DNA of 64,000 nt from the human T2T-CHM13v2.0 reference genome, Homo sapiens. Where the stretch lies: the NCBI RefSeq assembly GCF_009914755.1, contig NC_060930.1; one strand, 5' to 3'. The position numbers and the translations under genes are program-made. The notes under the pieces are model-generated. The model was not told the origin of the DNA. It did no database searches and saw only the letters and a list, made by a program, of their open reading frames with translations. Positions 26,086-42,847 of the stretch are shown here, piece after piece (the first letter of the stretch is position 1; every line of letters begins with the position of its first letter).

Positions 26086-27862
26086 ATCTCTATAGGGTTG
26101 ACAGTGTTTTCTCAAAACTTAAAGCTGGTCATATTATCCACATGCTTAAAAGAATTCTAAAAGTGTAATATAAAAAGCCACATATCTGATATGACTTTTT
26201 GTAAGCATCTTCCTACCTCTCTAATTTTAATTCACAGCTTGTTTCTTTCCTTTCCATATTTTGGTAAGTCTGGCTTATGTCTAGTTTCCAGAATGAGCTT
26301 ATGTTCCTTTCTGACACAGACTGTTACCTCTTACAGCTTTCCCAACCTCTGCTTTTATGTTACTTCCATCAGTTCCTTGGATAGTAGCTTAGCTAATCAT
26401 CTTCGGAGAGGGCCTTTCTTTTCTCACTAACTAGATCAGTTTTCTTTATCGTAAGTTTGGAAAGTACTTAGCAACTCCCCTTCAAAGTGCCACATCTGAA
26501 GTTTCTAATTTAAATATTTGATTCTTCCATTAATGTTTTTCCTACTAAACTATAAACTTTATGAGACCTGCTTTTGTATTTCCTTGTGCTCATCATGAAA
26601 ACTCCAGTACTTAGTATAATGCCTAGCACTTGGCACTCAAGAAATATTCACTGCATAATGACATAAATGAATTGTGTGTATTATACCATGGAAAATAAAA
26701 ATTCTGAAACTGAGATGCTATCTTCATTATAATTATTAACATAAAATTAATTCAAGTTAAAATTAAGAACAATTACCAACTCTAAAAGTGATAGAGTATC
26801 ACTACTTCATATTGCTCAGGCTATATCTGAAACAAGTATCATTTAGGTGTAATGTATTTAAAAAATGGTATGTGATGAAGACAAAGTGGGGAAACTTTCA
26901 AGAAAGATGGTGAAAATGATTAATGAGTTACAGGGATTGATACATGTGGGAAGAATAATAATGATGAGCTAGCTCATCATTGCATGTTAAATAGCATTCT
27001 GTATAGACCCTGATATAGCTTGGTTTGAACATCATTCATCTTCATCTCTACATTTTAATCTGTGGTATATTTATCAAATTAAATTATTCTTTTCAAAATG
27101 AAATTATATTTTAAGAGCATGGGTCAGAGGTGGTTTAAAGGAAAGGCGATAATCATCTACAATTATTGAAGGCATGCAAACACTAGTTGAGGATAGAAAG
27201 TGTTTCATAGAAAGATTAGTTCCAGAGTGAAATTAGGCTTGAAAATTTTCAATCAATCAGGCATAAAATTCCAGTTCCAAACTATTCATTTTCCAAGATG
27301 AGTGCATTCTCATAATATCTATTATGCATCAATTTAAATAAATAGGCTGAACTGCTGTTAAGGGTGGGACCTAAAACTCAGAAAATAAATAAATTAATAA
27401 AATAAAACAAATAATGGAAATATAGTGCTGTTCACAAACGTTTACTTTCAAGCATCGTTTCCTATAATGTTTAAACCTGTGCTCAGTAGAAGTATTAACT
27501 CTATTTTAAATTATTAAATTTGATTCCATCTTATAAACTTCCTTACATTTAAAACTTGGAGGCATCTAATGACAAAAATAAAAGTTACTTATTTTCCTTT
27601 TTTTATCTTTAAAAAGCATAAGATTATTTATTTTTTTGTTTTGTTTTGTTTTGTTTTATTATACTTTAAGTTTTAGGGTACATGTGCACATTGTGCAGGT
27701 TAGTTACATATGTATACATGTGCCATGCTGGTGTGCTGAACCCACTAACTCGTCATCTAGCATTAGGTATATCTCCCGATGCTATCCCTCCCCTCTCCCC
27801 ACACCCCACAACAGTCCCCAGAGTGTGATATTCCCCTTCCTGTGTCCATGTGATCTCATTGT

Positions 27863-31670
<3,808 letters not shown>

Positions 31671-31733
31671 TATGATGTTAGCTGGTTATTTTGCTCGTTA
31701 GTTGATGCAGTTTCTTCCTAGTCTCAATGGTCT

Positions 31734-32755
31734 TTACATTTTGGCATGTTTTTGCAGTGGCTGGTACCGGTTGCTCCTTTCCATGTTTAGTGCTTCCTTC
31801 AGGAGCTCTTGTAAGGCAGGCCTGGTAGTGACAAAATCTCTCAGCATTTGCTTGTCTGTAAAGTATTTTATTTCTCCTTCACTTATGAAGCTTAGTTTGG
31901 CTGGATATGCAATTCTGGGTTGAAAATTCTTTTCTTTAAGAATGTTGAATATTGGCCCCCACTCTCTTCTGGCTTGTAGGGTTTCTGCTGAGAGATCTGC
32001 TGTTAGTCTGATGGGCTTCCCTTTGAGGGTAACCCGACCTTTCTCTCTGGCTGCCCTTAACATTTTTTCCTTCATTTCATTTCAACTTTGCTGAATCTGA
32101 CAATTATGTGTCTTGGAGTTGCTCTTTTCGAGGAGTATCTTTGTGGCGTTCTCTGTATTTCCTGAATCTGAACGTTGGCTTGCCTTGCTAGATTGGGGAC
32201 ATTCTCCTGGATAATATCCTGCAGAGTGCTTTCCAACTCAGTTCCATTCTCCCCATCACTTTCAGGTACACCAATCAGATGTTGATTTGGTCTTTTCACA
32301 TAGTCCCATATTTCTTGGAGGCTTTGCTCATTTCTTTTTATTCTTTTTTCTCTAAACTTCCCTTCTCGCTTCATTTCATTCATTTCATCTTCCATTGCTG
32401 ATACCCTTTCTTCCAGTTGATCGCGTTGGCTCCTGAGGCTTTTGCATTGTTCACGTAGTTCTCGAGCCTTGGTTTTCAGCTCCATCAGCTCCTTTAAGCA
32501 CTTCTCTATATTGGTCATTTTAGTTATACATTCTTCTAAATTTTTTTCAAAGTTTTCAACTTCTTTGCCTTTGGTTTGAATGTCCACCCATAGCTCAGAG
32601 TAATTTGATCGTCTGAAGCCTTCTTCTCTCAGCTCGTCAAAGTCATTCTCCATCCAGCTTTGTTCTGTTGCTGGTGAGGAACTGCGTTCCTTTGGAGGAG
32701 GAGAGGCGCTCTGCTTTTTAGAGTTTCCAGTTTTTCTGTTCTGTTTTTTCCCCAT
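31734..32755 (-). pseudogene. L1 ORF1p with frameshift
   Basis: MGKKQNRKTGNSK... 227-aa and 113-aa pieces; a 5-bp ttcat duplication near 32071-32080 breaks the frame. Confidence 0.95.
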
Positions 32756-33659
32756 CTTTGTGGTTTTATGTACTTTTGGTCTTTGATGGTGGTGATGTAC
32801 AGATGGGTTTTTGGTGTGGATGTCCTTTCTGTTTGTTAGTTTTCCTTCTCACAGAGAGGACCCTCAGCTGCAGGTCTGTTGGAATACCCTGCCGTGTGAG
32901 GTGTCAGTGTGCCCCTGCTGGGGGGTGCCTCCCAGTTAGGCTGCTCGGGGGTCAGGGGTCAGGGACCCAGTTGAGGAGGCAGTCTGCCCGTTCTCAGATC
33001 TCCAGCTGCATGCTGGGAGAACCACTGCTCTCTTCAAAGCTGTCAGACAGGGACATTTAAGTCTGCAGAGGTTACTGCTGTCTTTTTGTTTGTCTGTGCC
33101 CTGCCCCCAGAGGTGGAGCCTACAGAGGCAGGCAGGCCTCCTTGAGCTGTGGTGGGCTCCGCCCAGTTCTAGCTTCCGGGCTGCTTTGTTTACCTAATCA
33201 AGCCTGGGCAATGGTGGGCGCCCCTCCCCCAGCCTCGCTGCTGCCTTGCAGTTTGATCTCAGACTGCTGTGCTAGCAATCAGCGAGACTCCGTGGGCGTA
33301 GGACCCTCCGAGCCAGGTGCGGGATATAATCTCGTGGTGCGCTGTTTTTTAAGCCCGTCGGAAAAGCGCAGTATTCGGGTGGGAGTGACCCGATTTTCCA
33401 GGTGCCATCTGTCGCCCCTTTCTTTGACTCAGCAAGGGAACTCCCTGACCCCTTGCGCTTCCCAAGTGAGGCAATGCCTCGCCCTGCTTCGGCTCGCGCA
33501 CGGTGCACGCACCCACTGACCTGTGCCCACTGTCTGGCACTCCCTAGTGAGGTGAACCCGGTACCTCAGATGGAAATGCAGAAATCACCCGTCTTCTGCG
33601 TCACTCACGCTGGGAGCTGTAGACAGGAGCTGTTCCTATTAGGCCATCTTGGCTCCTCC
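32756..33659. promoter_or_regulatory. L1 5'UTR sense/antisense promoter, CpG-rich, YY1 site
   Basis: YY1 core AAGATGGCC on the minus strand near 33642-33650; most CpG-dense stretch of the window. Confidence 0.8.
33211..33519 (+). CDS. L1 antisense ORF0 (open, 102 aa); expression unknown
   Basis: gcaATGG start, MVGAPPPASLLPCSLISDCCASNQRDSVGVGPSEPG...; donor-like CAG|GT at 33317 and 33402. Confidence 0.6.
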   Translation: MVGAPPPASLLPCSLISDCCASNQRDSVGVGPSEPGAGYNLVVRCFLSPSEKRSIRVGVTRFSRCHLSPLSLTQQGNSLTPCASQVRQCLALLRLAHGARTH

Positions 33660-33919
33660 ACTTATTTTCTTAAAGCAAAGGAAAATACAACAAAACTGTA
33701 TTCAATAGGAAAAATTTGTGACTTAGGATGCTGACACAAATGTACCAATATTTCTTTAACTTTTTATATGTGAATTTTATGTTTATCAATATTTGAATAT
33801 TCTTGACTCCTGTGCTTATATATTCTTTATCTCTTTTACCATATTCAACTCAAAATGTCATCCTTTCCCATGGGTAATGGCAAGAATGGACTCACACTAC
33901 AACACATAGATGAGCAAAC

Positions 33920-34570
33920 TTTCCATGGGGAGAAATTAATTTTCTTGCATTCTTCTTGGACATTAGACTATAACTCTCAAACTGGTGGCCAATTGTGGCC
34001 ATGTGACTAAGCTCACATCAGTAGAATGCGAGAGAGATATTTGCAACTTTCGCTACACTATTCTCTTCTTTTTCTTTCTCTTTCTTCTTCTTCTTTTTTT
34101 TTTTTTGTCTTGTTCTGTCACCCAGGTAGGAGTGTAGTAGAGCAATCATGGCTCATTGCAGCCTCAACCTGCTGGGTTCAATCCTCCCACATCATTATTT
34201 TTTTTAAATTTTTTTGAAGAAATGAGTTCTCAGTATGTTGCGCAGACTGTTCTCAAACTCCTGGGCTCAAGCAATCCTCCCAACTTGGTCTCCCATAGTG
34301 CTGGGATTACAGACATGAGCCACCTCGCCTCTTCTACATTTTAAGAGGAAATCTAGGGCTCTTTCCTTTTTTCCACAGGCAAGAATGACAGCAAACCAAA
34401 AGGTCTTGGAATTCCTCTGTGCATATGTCAGACCTGCCCTCCTGGACCCTAACTATCCCATGGAGCAGAGCTTCCAATGACTTTGGATACTTACTTCTCA
34501 ATGTTCCCTCACTGAGAAATAAGTTGGGTATTTTTGAAGGGCAATTTAGCCTTTTACTCTAATGAATACA
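33920..34570 (+). mobile_element. Old MLT1-type MaLR LTR split by an AluJ
   Basis: 'ggccatgtgactaagctc...agaatg', 'atggagcagagc', end 'ctctaatgaataca'. Confidence 0.6.
34067..34330 (-). mobile_element. AluJ with internal deletion
   Basis: 'ctcctgggctcaagcaatcctccc', 'gctcattgcagcctcaacct'. Confidence 0.9.
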
Positions 34571-35115
34571 AATATAAGTAGAAGAAACCAAAAATGTTTG
34601 AGATCCTATTTATTGTGTATCAACAGTTATAATCTAACCAAACTAAATTACATCAAAAGGATAGTTGCATTTTGAGCTTGACTTCAGTAGCAGGAGTTTA
34701 TGAAAAGATCATGAGGTTACTGGGTAGTCTGTGGTTTTCCTGATATTTATTTCCAAACTCTACACCAGAATGATGTCCTCTGTGGTTTTAGAATTAAATA
34801 TTTGATGATGAAGTAAAGATGTCACTTGAGACTTGAAGTTTCCATTTAGAGCTGAGCTCTTGGGGCAGGTATCCACAGATTGTCTAAGGATGACATCAGT
34901 TGAATTTTGTGGTAAGAACTCCATAATCTTATGTCAATATAAATTAATTCTCCAAAAATAGTACTGGGTTTAAGATCAAGAACATACAAAACAGTAAGTT
35001 ACATGCCCATGTCTCACTTGGAGCTATTACATTGCCCACCTTAGTAACTTCATCAGAGGTTTACTATTTCCATTTAACTCTCATTTTATCTTGAAGGAGA
35101 GAGATGTTAAGTGTT

Positions 35116-35147
<32 letters not shown>

Positions 35148-36749
35148 GTCTGTGTTGAATGCTTCCTTCATGCCATTTTGTGGTATTTGCAGGCCTCCCT
35201 GACATTATCAAATGGATTGACATTTTAAATATTTGCAGTGCTCAGTGGGTACTAATTCAGCAAAGGTGAACCACAAGCTTCTTTCACCGTGGCACAGCAA
35301 GTGATGTGTGTCTGTTTAATCACAGCAGTTGAAATGAGATCAAAAGGCACTGTGTTGTTAAACTCTTAAAACTGCTGTCACAGCAGACACACCTGGAGGA
35401 GTCCTTGAAGGAAAAAGCTAAGTAGTGAAGAACCTACTTAGGCCACGGGCTTATCTGAACCTATTAACCCAGCTCTGCGGGAAAGTCTTTCCCAGTATAT
35501 AATGTTTCCATTTTTCTAGTAAATTCTTTAGAGTAAAAGCTTAATCATTTGTGGGCCTTCCAGCAATTTTTGATTTTCTTTATACTCTAAATTGAAGTTG
35601 TACTTTTTTCATTTTGTCAGAGTTGAGAATACAAATATCTTAAAAAGATAAAGAATATAAGTCATTTTATACATTTACTGTCACACATTTTTAGGAATTG
35701 GTCCCAAAGGAATTTTAGTGAGTAGGAAATGGTACTACTCACTTTTTGGCTGTTGGGACTTCACAGTTTATGTGTAATTCACAGTCTACAATGACAAATA
35801 TTAAAACATCAGGGAATGGAAAGACTAAAATTTTATCCTAAACAATTTTTTCCTACAATGAATGATTTTTCTGTGTAATCCCCAGCATTTTTAAGTAGTT
35901 CATCAAATAACCATTTGTATATTAGATTGACATGAATATCTTTAGCCCTTGGCTTCCCACAAGTAAAAAAGGGTTTGTGTTAAGGTTTTTACACAAATTC
36001 TCCTTGTTTACATCAGACACATGTATAACTGCAGAAGCGCAGCGTTGCTTCCTCAAGACTTCCTCAAGAGTTTTACACTATCAGAGTCAAATATATGCAA
36101 CTGTGTCAAATATATCAGTATTAACAATATTAAAGGCCAGTTTCTTGTTCTTCAACTTGCTGTGTGTTTGTTTAGAATATTTTTAAGGGATCAGGGAGAA
36201 ATGAAGCTTAAAAATTTGGTTGAGAATAAACTGAGGAAGTCAATATAAATTTCAGTTTAAGTGCTTAAAAGTTAATTAGTATGACAGTGGGGCATCATAA
36301 AATATATTGGAAGACAATTCAGTTGCTTTGTTATACAATTTGTTCCATTTGCTTGGCATCCTAATATAACATTCTTAGATGGCAAGTACTTTATTGAGAT
36401 CTCTTTGAATAACTTATTTCTAGCTGAAAAGAAGAATTACCAGTATATCAAAAACAACTATGGAGACGATGAAAAGGAAACACGTAATTATTGCTATGGC
36501 ATTTTCACAAATTCTTTTCTCCAAGCTCCTTGAAAACTGACTTCCCATCCAGTCGTCGTCACCGTTTCCACACTAGGTTTCTATCAATCAATCAAACAGC
36601 ACTGAGGCTTTTGTAAGCAAAGAGTATATAGTAGAGAATAGGTCCTAAGGGGTAGGAGGAGCATGAGAAATATTTATTTAGAGTAAGAGATTGTCTCTGT
36701 ATTCCTGGAGGTGAAAGAAAATCCTTAACCTGCACATGTTATAATAGAG

Positions 36750-37130
36750 GAAATACTTATTCCTATTGAGCATGCACTATAGGCATGACATTATCTAGGT
36801 GTTTTGGACACTTCAGTGAATAAAACAAAGATCTATACCATTATGGAGCTTTTATTCTAGCAGAAGAAGACAGATAATAGACATGATAAATAAGTAAATT
36901 GTGTAGTTTGTTAGAAGTTGAAAGTTTCCATGATAAAATGGTAAGATTGATGAAGAGTATAGGCATGGTTGGTTATGGGGGACTTATTATACATTTATAC
37001 ACAGTTGTAAGGAATTAACTTTATTGAGAAGTTGAGATTTGCACAAAGACTTGTTAACCAATGTCATTAGAGAAGATCTTTAAGAGAGAAGAGATGAAAC
37101 AGCTAGAGTGTGAACAGCACATGGACAACA
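36750..37130 (-). mobile_element. L2 3' end
   Basis: 'tattgagcatgcactataggc...cagtgaataaaaca...tggagcttttattctag'. Confidence 0.75.
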
Positions 37131-37319
37131 AAGGTGAAGGGGAAAGGAAGCTATCTTAAGAAGTATTGCATAGACTTTTATCCCCTTCTCAAGATTTGTG
37201 AAATAATAGTAATAAGACTGAGTAATTTGAAATTATGTTCTATTGCTTTATTTTTTTACCCTGACACCTCCAAGACAAAGTCCCATGACTCATAACTTTA
37301 CAAATCTTAGAACAATGTG

Positions 37320-37525
37320 AATAATAATAATAAAATCCCTACAATGTTCCAGGTCATGTTTAAGGTACTCACTCACTATTAATTCATGTAATTATATCAA
37401 CATATGAGGTAGTCACTTTTTTGTACATTTTGCAGATGAGAAAACTGACATACAGAGAGGTTAGGTAATAGCAACAGGATAGCCTGGATGTATGTGTGAG
37501 CAGGATGCCTCTAGTTCAATGCCCG
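37320..37525 (-). mobile_element. MIR SINE
   Basis: 'cattttgcagatgagaaaactgacatacagagaggttaggtaa'. Confidence 0.85.
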
Positions 37526-38249
37526 TACCCATCTGGTTGAAGTGGAGCTCCAATAACTGGCAATGCTTCCCTAGTTCTAGATCTATTTGATGAAATAAGA
37601 TACTTTGTTGTTTCCCATAAAACACAGACCAGTTGGAATAGCTCCTTGACTCTTTTTCAGCCTTGGTCATTAATTCCAAAGTAGTCATAAATTCCAAACT
37701 AGAAAATAATAATACAGCTAGTTCAGGTGTTATTGACACAGAAGGAATTGATTATCAGTATTACTTAGATTTTGCTTTCCTCTTACGTTATTGTGTGTAT
37801 TCTTTTATAAATTTGGTTTTAAATATTCTCTTGTGTTTTTCTCCCATTTTACCGCCCTCTACTTTGCTCTTATTGCTACTCTACCTCACCCAAATCTGTT
37901 CTATCCTGGCTTCCAAACATGAAGACAATAGTATCACATAGGATTATATGAGCAGAAACACAGTGGCTCATTGACTATTGACTACTTTATGTTGGGGACC
38001 AGATGGAAAGACATCCATGGAAGTAGCATTGATTGATTATCCATTCTGAGACAGGAGCACCCTTCTCCTGTGTCCATAGGATCTCACTTCCACTGCATCT
38101 TCAACTTCTTCTCTGAAGCTGAGGGTCATCTTCTTGCTCCCTGCTCTTTTTCCCCTTAGGCTACTGCTTCCCTAGCATCCTTGTCAAGAGGGGGCTGGTC
38201 CTTTCCTCTACCTCTGGAATCTCCTCTTCTGATGATGAGGAATGTCCTC

Positions 38250-39460
38250 ATTGCCTCTTCCAGAAATTTCTAATTCTGTCATTCCTAAAATTATCAGTTT
38301 CAAAAGTTCTGTCATATGATTCTACAACCAACTACCCTTACATCTATAGCACGTGGGTTCCTCCTTGCTGCTTTTTGAATATTTTAATCCCTTGTTCATT
38401 TTCAAGCCTCTTTGACATGTCTATTTTTATTCTTATGACTTTTATGTACACAGGACTTACCAAAACGACTCAAATTCTTGACCTTATATTCCAAGACATT
38501 ATCCATTACTCCATGTCAGCTACTCACTGACTAAGCCTTGAGATTATCAATAACTGTAACCCTTTCATAGTCTTAATTTCAAGACTTCCACTTTTTGACC
38601 ACCATCTCATTTCTCTCTAGTTTGCCCCTTTACTATCCTGACACCAGCAATCATTCTATCCTAATAATTTTACAATGTGTTGTTTCTGCCATTTTTCAGG
38701 CTCCTGCTCCTCACATACATCCTCTTTTCTCATCTTACTCAGCTGAAATTGCACGTGCCATCATGATCACTCTCTAATCTTCACCTTCCCTTAATTTCTT
38801 CACTTTGTTGTACTCAGTTGTCAAAAAATGAATAAAAATAAAAATATGTACCCTAGATAATTTGAACTCTATCTACTCTATATTTTACATTAATAGAGTT
38901 GAATGTAGCAAACCCAAAAAATCTTGCTGATTAATCTCACTTTAAATTAATGGCCACGAACATTAATTGGGGTGGTGAGAGCTGTCTAGAAACAAATGCG
39001 TTCATTTCCCTAGTATATACACATTTGTATTCTAGATGACCATTCCATACCATCTCCTCTTTCATAAAGTCTACAGTACCTCCTCCAATTCTTCACGTCA
39101 GCTGATAATCTTGCTCTTATTTAACTGACAAAGGAGAAACAATAAAAGTTGCAATACTGAAGAGCATCCCCAAGCTGCTGTCTCACTTACCCGCTGTCTA
39201 CTTCAGCAAAGCTTAGTGAAGGAACTCTTTATCCTTGTGTTTCAAAACCAACTCCTCCATTTTTTTTTCTTAAATCTACTCTGGATAGGCCCTAATCCAC
39301 GTCACTAGATGTACTCCAATCAGAATCAACAATGATATCCATTTTGCTAAATTATATGGTCAATTCTCAGTCTTTCTCTTCTTGGAGCAAATCAACACTA
39401 TCTGTATTGCTAAAGAATATTTTCACATTGCTTTTGTCATACAACACTCTCTTCTCCTTC
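38250..39460 (+). mobile_element. L2 internal fragment (boundaries approximate)
   Basis: 'aatctcactttaaattaatggccac', 'tcagctgataatcttgctctta', 'ttgctaaattatatggtcaattctcagtc'. Confidence 0.65.
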
Positions 39461-39479
39461 CCATAAGTTTATACATACA

Positions 39480-41950
39480 AGTTCTATCAAACCTTCACAG
39501 GACAGATGATATGAATGCATGTACATTGTCCTAAAAAATAAAAAAGAAGGGCTAAAACTTCTCAATGTACTTTAGGAAACTAATATTACTTTAATTTTAA
39601 AACTGGGTAAAGGCTATACCAGTAAAATTATAGGTAATCTCTCATATAAAAAATAGGTCTATACATGCTAAAGATAATAATAGTAAACTTAATCCAATGC
39701 ACAAATATATTTATGTATATAACTTATATGTTAGTATATATTATATATTATTATATATGATGTTATATATATATCATATATAATAACCAAGTAAAATTTA
39801 TCACAGAATTTGTAAAATATTTTTATATTATAAAATGTATTCATAAAACATACTATTTCAACAGACTGATAGAGAAAAAATGTATCCTCATTTCTATAGT
39901 TGCAGAAAAATGTTGACGCAATTTAGCAATCATTCAAGTTTTTAATTCAACAAAACTTACTTAACACAAAGAGGTATTGTTCAGAAAATTGGAGTAACAT
40001 TAGACTTCAGAATGGAATATTAAAGCATTCCCCTTATAATCAGAAAAAAGATAAAAATAGCTACTATCACTATGTTTATTTCAATTACACATTTTAGTTG
40101 AGGCTCTACTCAACAAAATGTTGAGTTCTCTTCTTGAGAAGAGAAAAGCAGCTAAAATTTTATAAGGACTAGAGTGGGGAAATAACATGCATATGATTTG
40201 TAGATAATATGATTATCTATAAAAATCAAGGAGCAAACCAAACTCATAATTTGCCAAAAGCAAGTTCATGTTCAAAATTAAGGATTTTCTTACACACAAG
40301 AAAGTACAATCAGTATATTAAAATGTAATTAAGAAAAAAATTACCTTATTTATAACAAAAACAAAAACCATGAAGTGTATATATAAATTGACAAATAACC
40401 AAACCATCTTAAATTGTGCATTATATATAAAGACTTTTACAGGAAAAACAAGAAAATGTAGAAAAAGACCTAATTAAAAGGTGTATATAGAGGGAGTCAA
40501 TAGCTTAATGATGGCTATTTGTTCCCAACTCACCTTATGAATTCAATGCAATTCCATTCAAAATTTTAATGGCTTTTTTTACAGAACTTCACAAGCTGAT
40601 CTTAAAATCTTAATAAAAAGTTAATAAGTGATCAATAACTAAGTCAGTTTTTAAAAAAGAGAATAAGTTTGCCATTTATCAGGATTTTATATAAATCTGT
40701 ATCAATAAAAACAGTATGATACCAGCACAGAGACAGTCAATGAACCAATGTAATAATGTAACAGGAAAAAAGGATGAAATTGGATTTGCCTATCACACTT
40801 TATATGTTAGTAATTTGCAGATAGATTAAAGACTTAAACATAAATATTATAATTGTGTAATTTTAAAAATAAAATAGAGAAGAATATCTTTATGTAGTGA
40901 CAGTAGGAAAGATTTTGTAGATGAGATATAAAATGTACAACCAAGAACGAAAAACTGGACAAAATCGACTTCATTTAACCGTATGTTTAACAAACATACC
41001 ACATTCAAAGTTAATAGACTAACCTACACATGCAGAGAAGATATCTACAAATTATATAACCAGTTAAGGACTAGTTTCTGGAATATATGAATATGTCTAC
41101 AAACCAGGAATTAAAGAGAAAAATAAAATGAGAAATGAGCAAAGAGAATGAACAGTCAGTGCATTGAATAAAGAATCTGAATGTTTGATCAACATATACA
41201 AATGTTCAACTTTAAAAGTACCAAAGAGATTATAAATTAAAACAAAAACCAAATGCCATATCATACTCATTAGTTTGAAATGTTATGTCTGATGTCCCCA
41301 AATATTGAAAACAACATGGAAGAAATAAAAAAATATTACTAATATAATGTAATTACAATAATAATGTAAACTATTTAGAGAACCATGTAAAATATTTTAA
41401 TGGAACAAAAGAATGCCTATCCTATGACCAACTTTCTAGGTATCAATAATAGAAAAATTGTCACAAATATTCACCAGGACACTTATAAAGCATATTTTTT
41501 ACAGAGCCTTGGTAATAGTGAAAGTTTACACACAAACCGAGTTAGTTTTTGGGGCACTGGTAGACAAACAAAAATGCTATATTTATCTAAATTTGTACTA
41601 AAATTTCTTTTATAATGAACCAAAACAGCATTGTTAAAATGAAAATAAAAAACAGTGTTCTGTTTCTTAAGATGATTGATGAGTATGCATTTGTCCATTT
41701 CATATTTTTTTAAATGTATACATATGTAGATAACACAAGTTTGAAAAGGATTTGAGTCTGGTAATAGTCAAAGCAGTAGTCACTGCTGGGGTTGGGGGTA
41801 TTAACTTACTTGCAGGGGGTACAAGAGAGCCTTCTGAGATGTTTGTTAGACATTGTTTTAAAAATTTTAATCTGGAGGCTAGCCCACAGGGGTGTGGAGG
41901 GTGTGTTTATGTGTGTGAATTTTGAGGGAATTTTGTGCATCTGAATGAGA
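39480..41950 (+). mobile_element. Ancient L1ME-type LINE ORF2 plus 3' end
   Basis: 'ttctatcaaaccttca', 'aaagcattccccttataatcagaaaaaagata', 'gaattcaatgcaattccattcaaaat', 3' end 'acaagagagccttctgagatg'. Confidence 0.75.
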
Positions 41951-42771
41951 GTACAAGTACTGAAAGTCTTCAACATTCTGGAGAGGGGAAAACAAGAGAG
42001 AAGTCAGACCAGCCACATCCCACCATTTAGCTCTGCTCATTCCTACCCTGTTTCTGTTGATGGTCATTGCCTTCCTGAGGGCCTCTACATGTATGGATTT
42101 CTTAGAAAATCTTTCTATATCAGCTGCTGCAATTATTCTTTTTATAAAAATATGATCTCTTTCCTAAGTGTCTGCCATGTTGCAGATTTCTACTGCCAAC
42201 TGCTAAGCATGTCTCTATGCATCCTCCGCTGGGTCTTTATAGCTCAGAGGATCTAACTAACTAATAAACATTTTTAGAATGGATGCATGGATTTTCTTAC
42301 CTGAAAACAAACATGTTCTTTCCAGAAGTGTATAACAAGGACATATAGGTTTACCACCCAATAGTTGAATGTCTTTTCTACATTCCTGTCTAGTGGGTTA
42401 GGTGTGTCATTTTGTGTATTTTAGAGAGGGATAACTTTACATCTCTTAAACGAAATCATCTTTAGATCTAGCGGTTAGAATATTCTTTATGTTAGAGTCA
42501 AAAATATAATCTCAGATTCCTCAGAGCCACATGATGCCATGTATATTTTCAGAATACCTAACATATGTTAAGTTCAACAAATTCAGTTGAGCATTTACTA
42601 AATGACTATTGTTTAAAAGAAGCACTTTGTTGAATGCTAGATCCACATTTTGTTTCTACATAATAAAATACCTAAATAAAATAGACTAAAATAATCTGAA
42701 TCAAATAGACAAAAATGTAAATGCTAATAAAAGTACAAAAGCAACTTTGAGTTCAATTATAATTTTACTGT

Positions 42772-42847
42772 GAGGCATTCAAGACCAGCCTGGGCAACAT
42801 GGCAAGACCCTGTTGCTACAAAATAAAATAAATATATAAAAAATAAA
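42772..42847 (+). mobile_element. Alu monomer (FLAM/AluJ) fragment
   Basis: 'ttcaagaccagcctgggcaacatggcaagaccctgt' plus A-rich tail. Confidence 0.85.

Larger units (their letters stand above)
23300..26675 (+). mobile_element. L2 LINE 3' portion split by a MULE DNA transposon
   Basis: 'tatcttacatgaacctttggaaacatttgaca' (RT-like LDLSAAFD region), 'acctcccctctgagcatcagac', 3' end 'gcctagcacttggcactcaagaaatatt...aaatgaat'. Confidence 0.75.
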
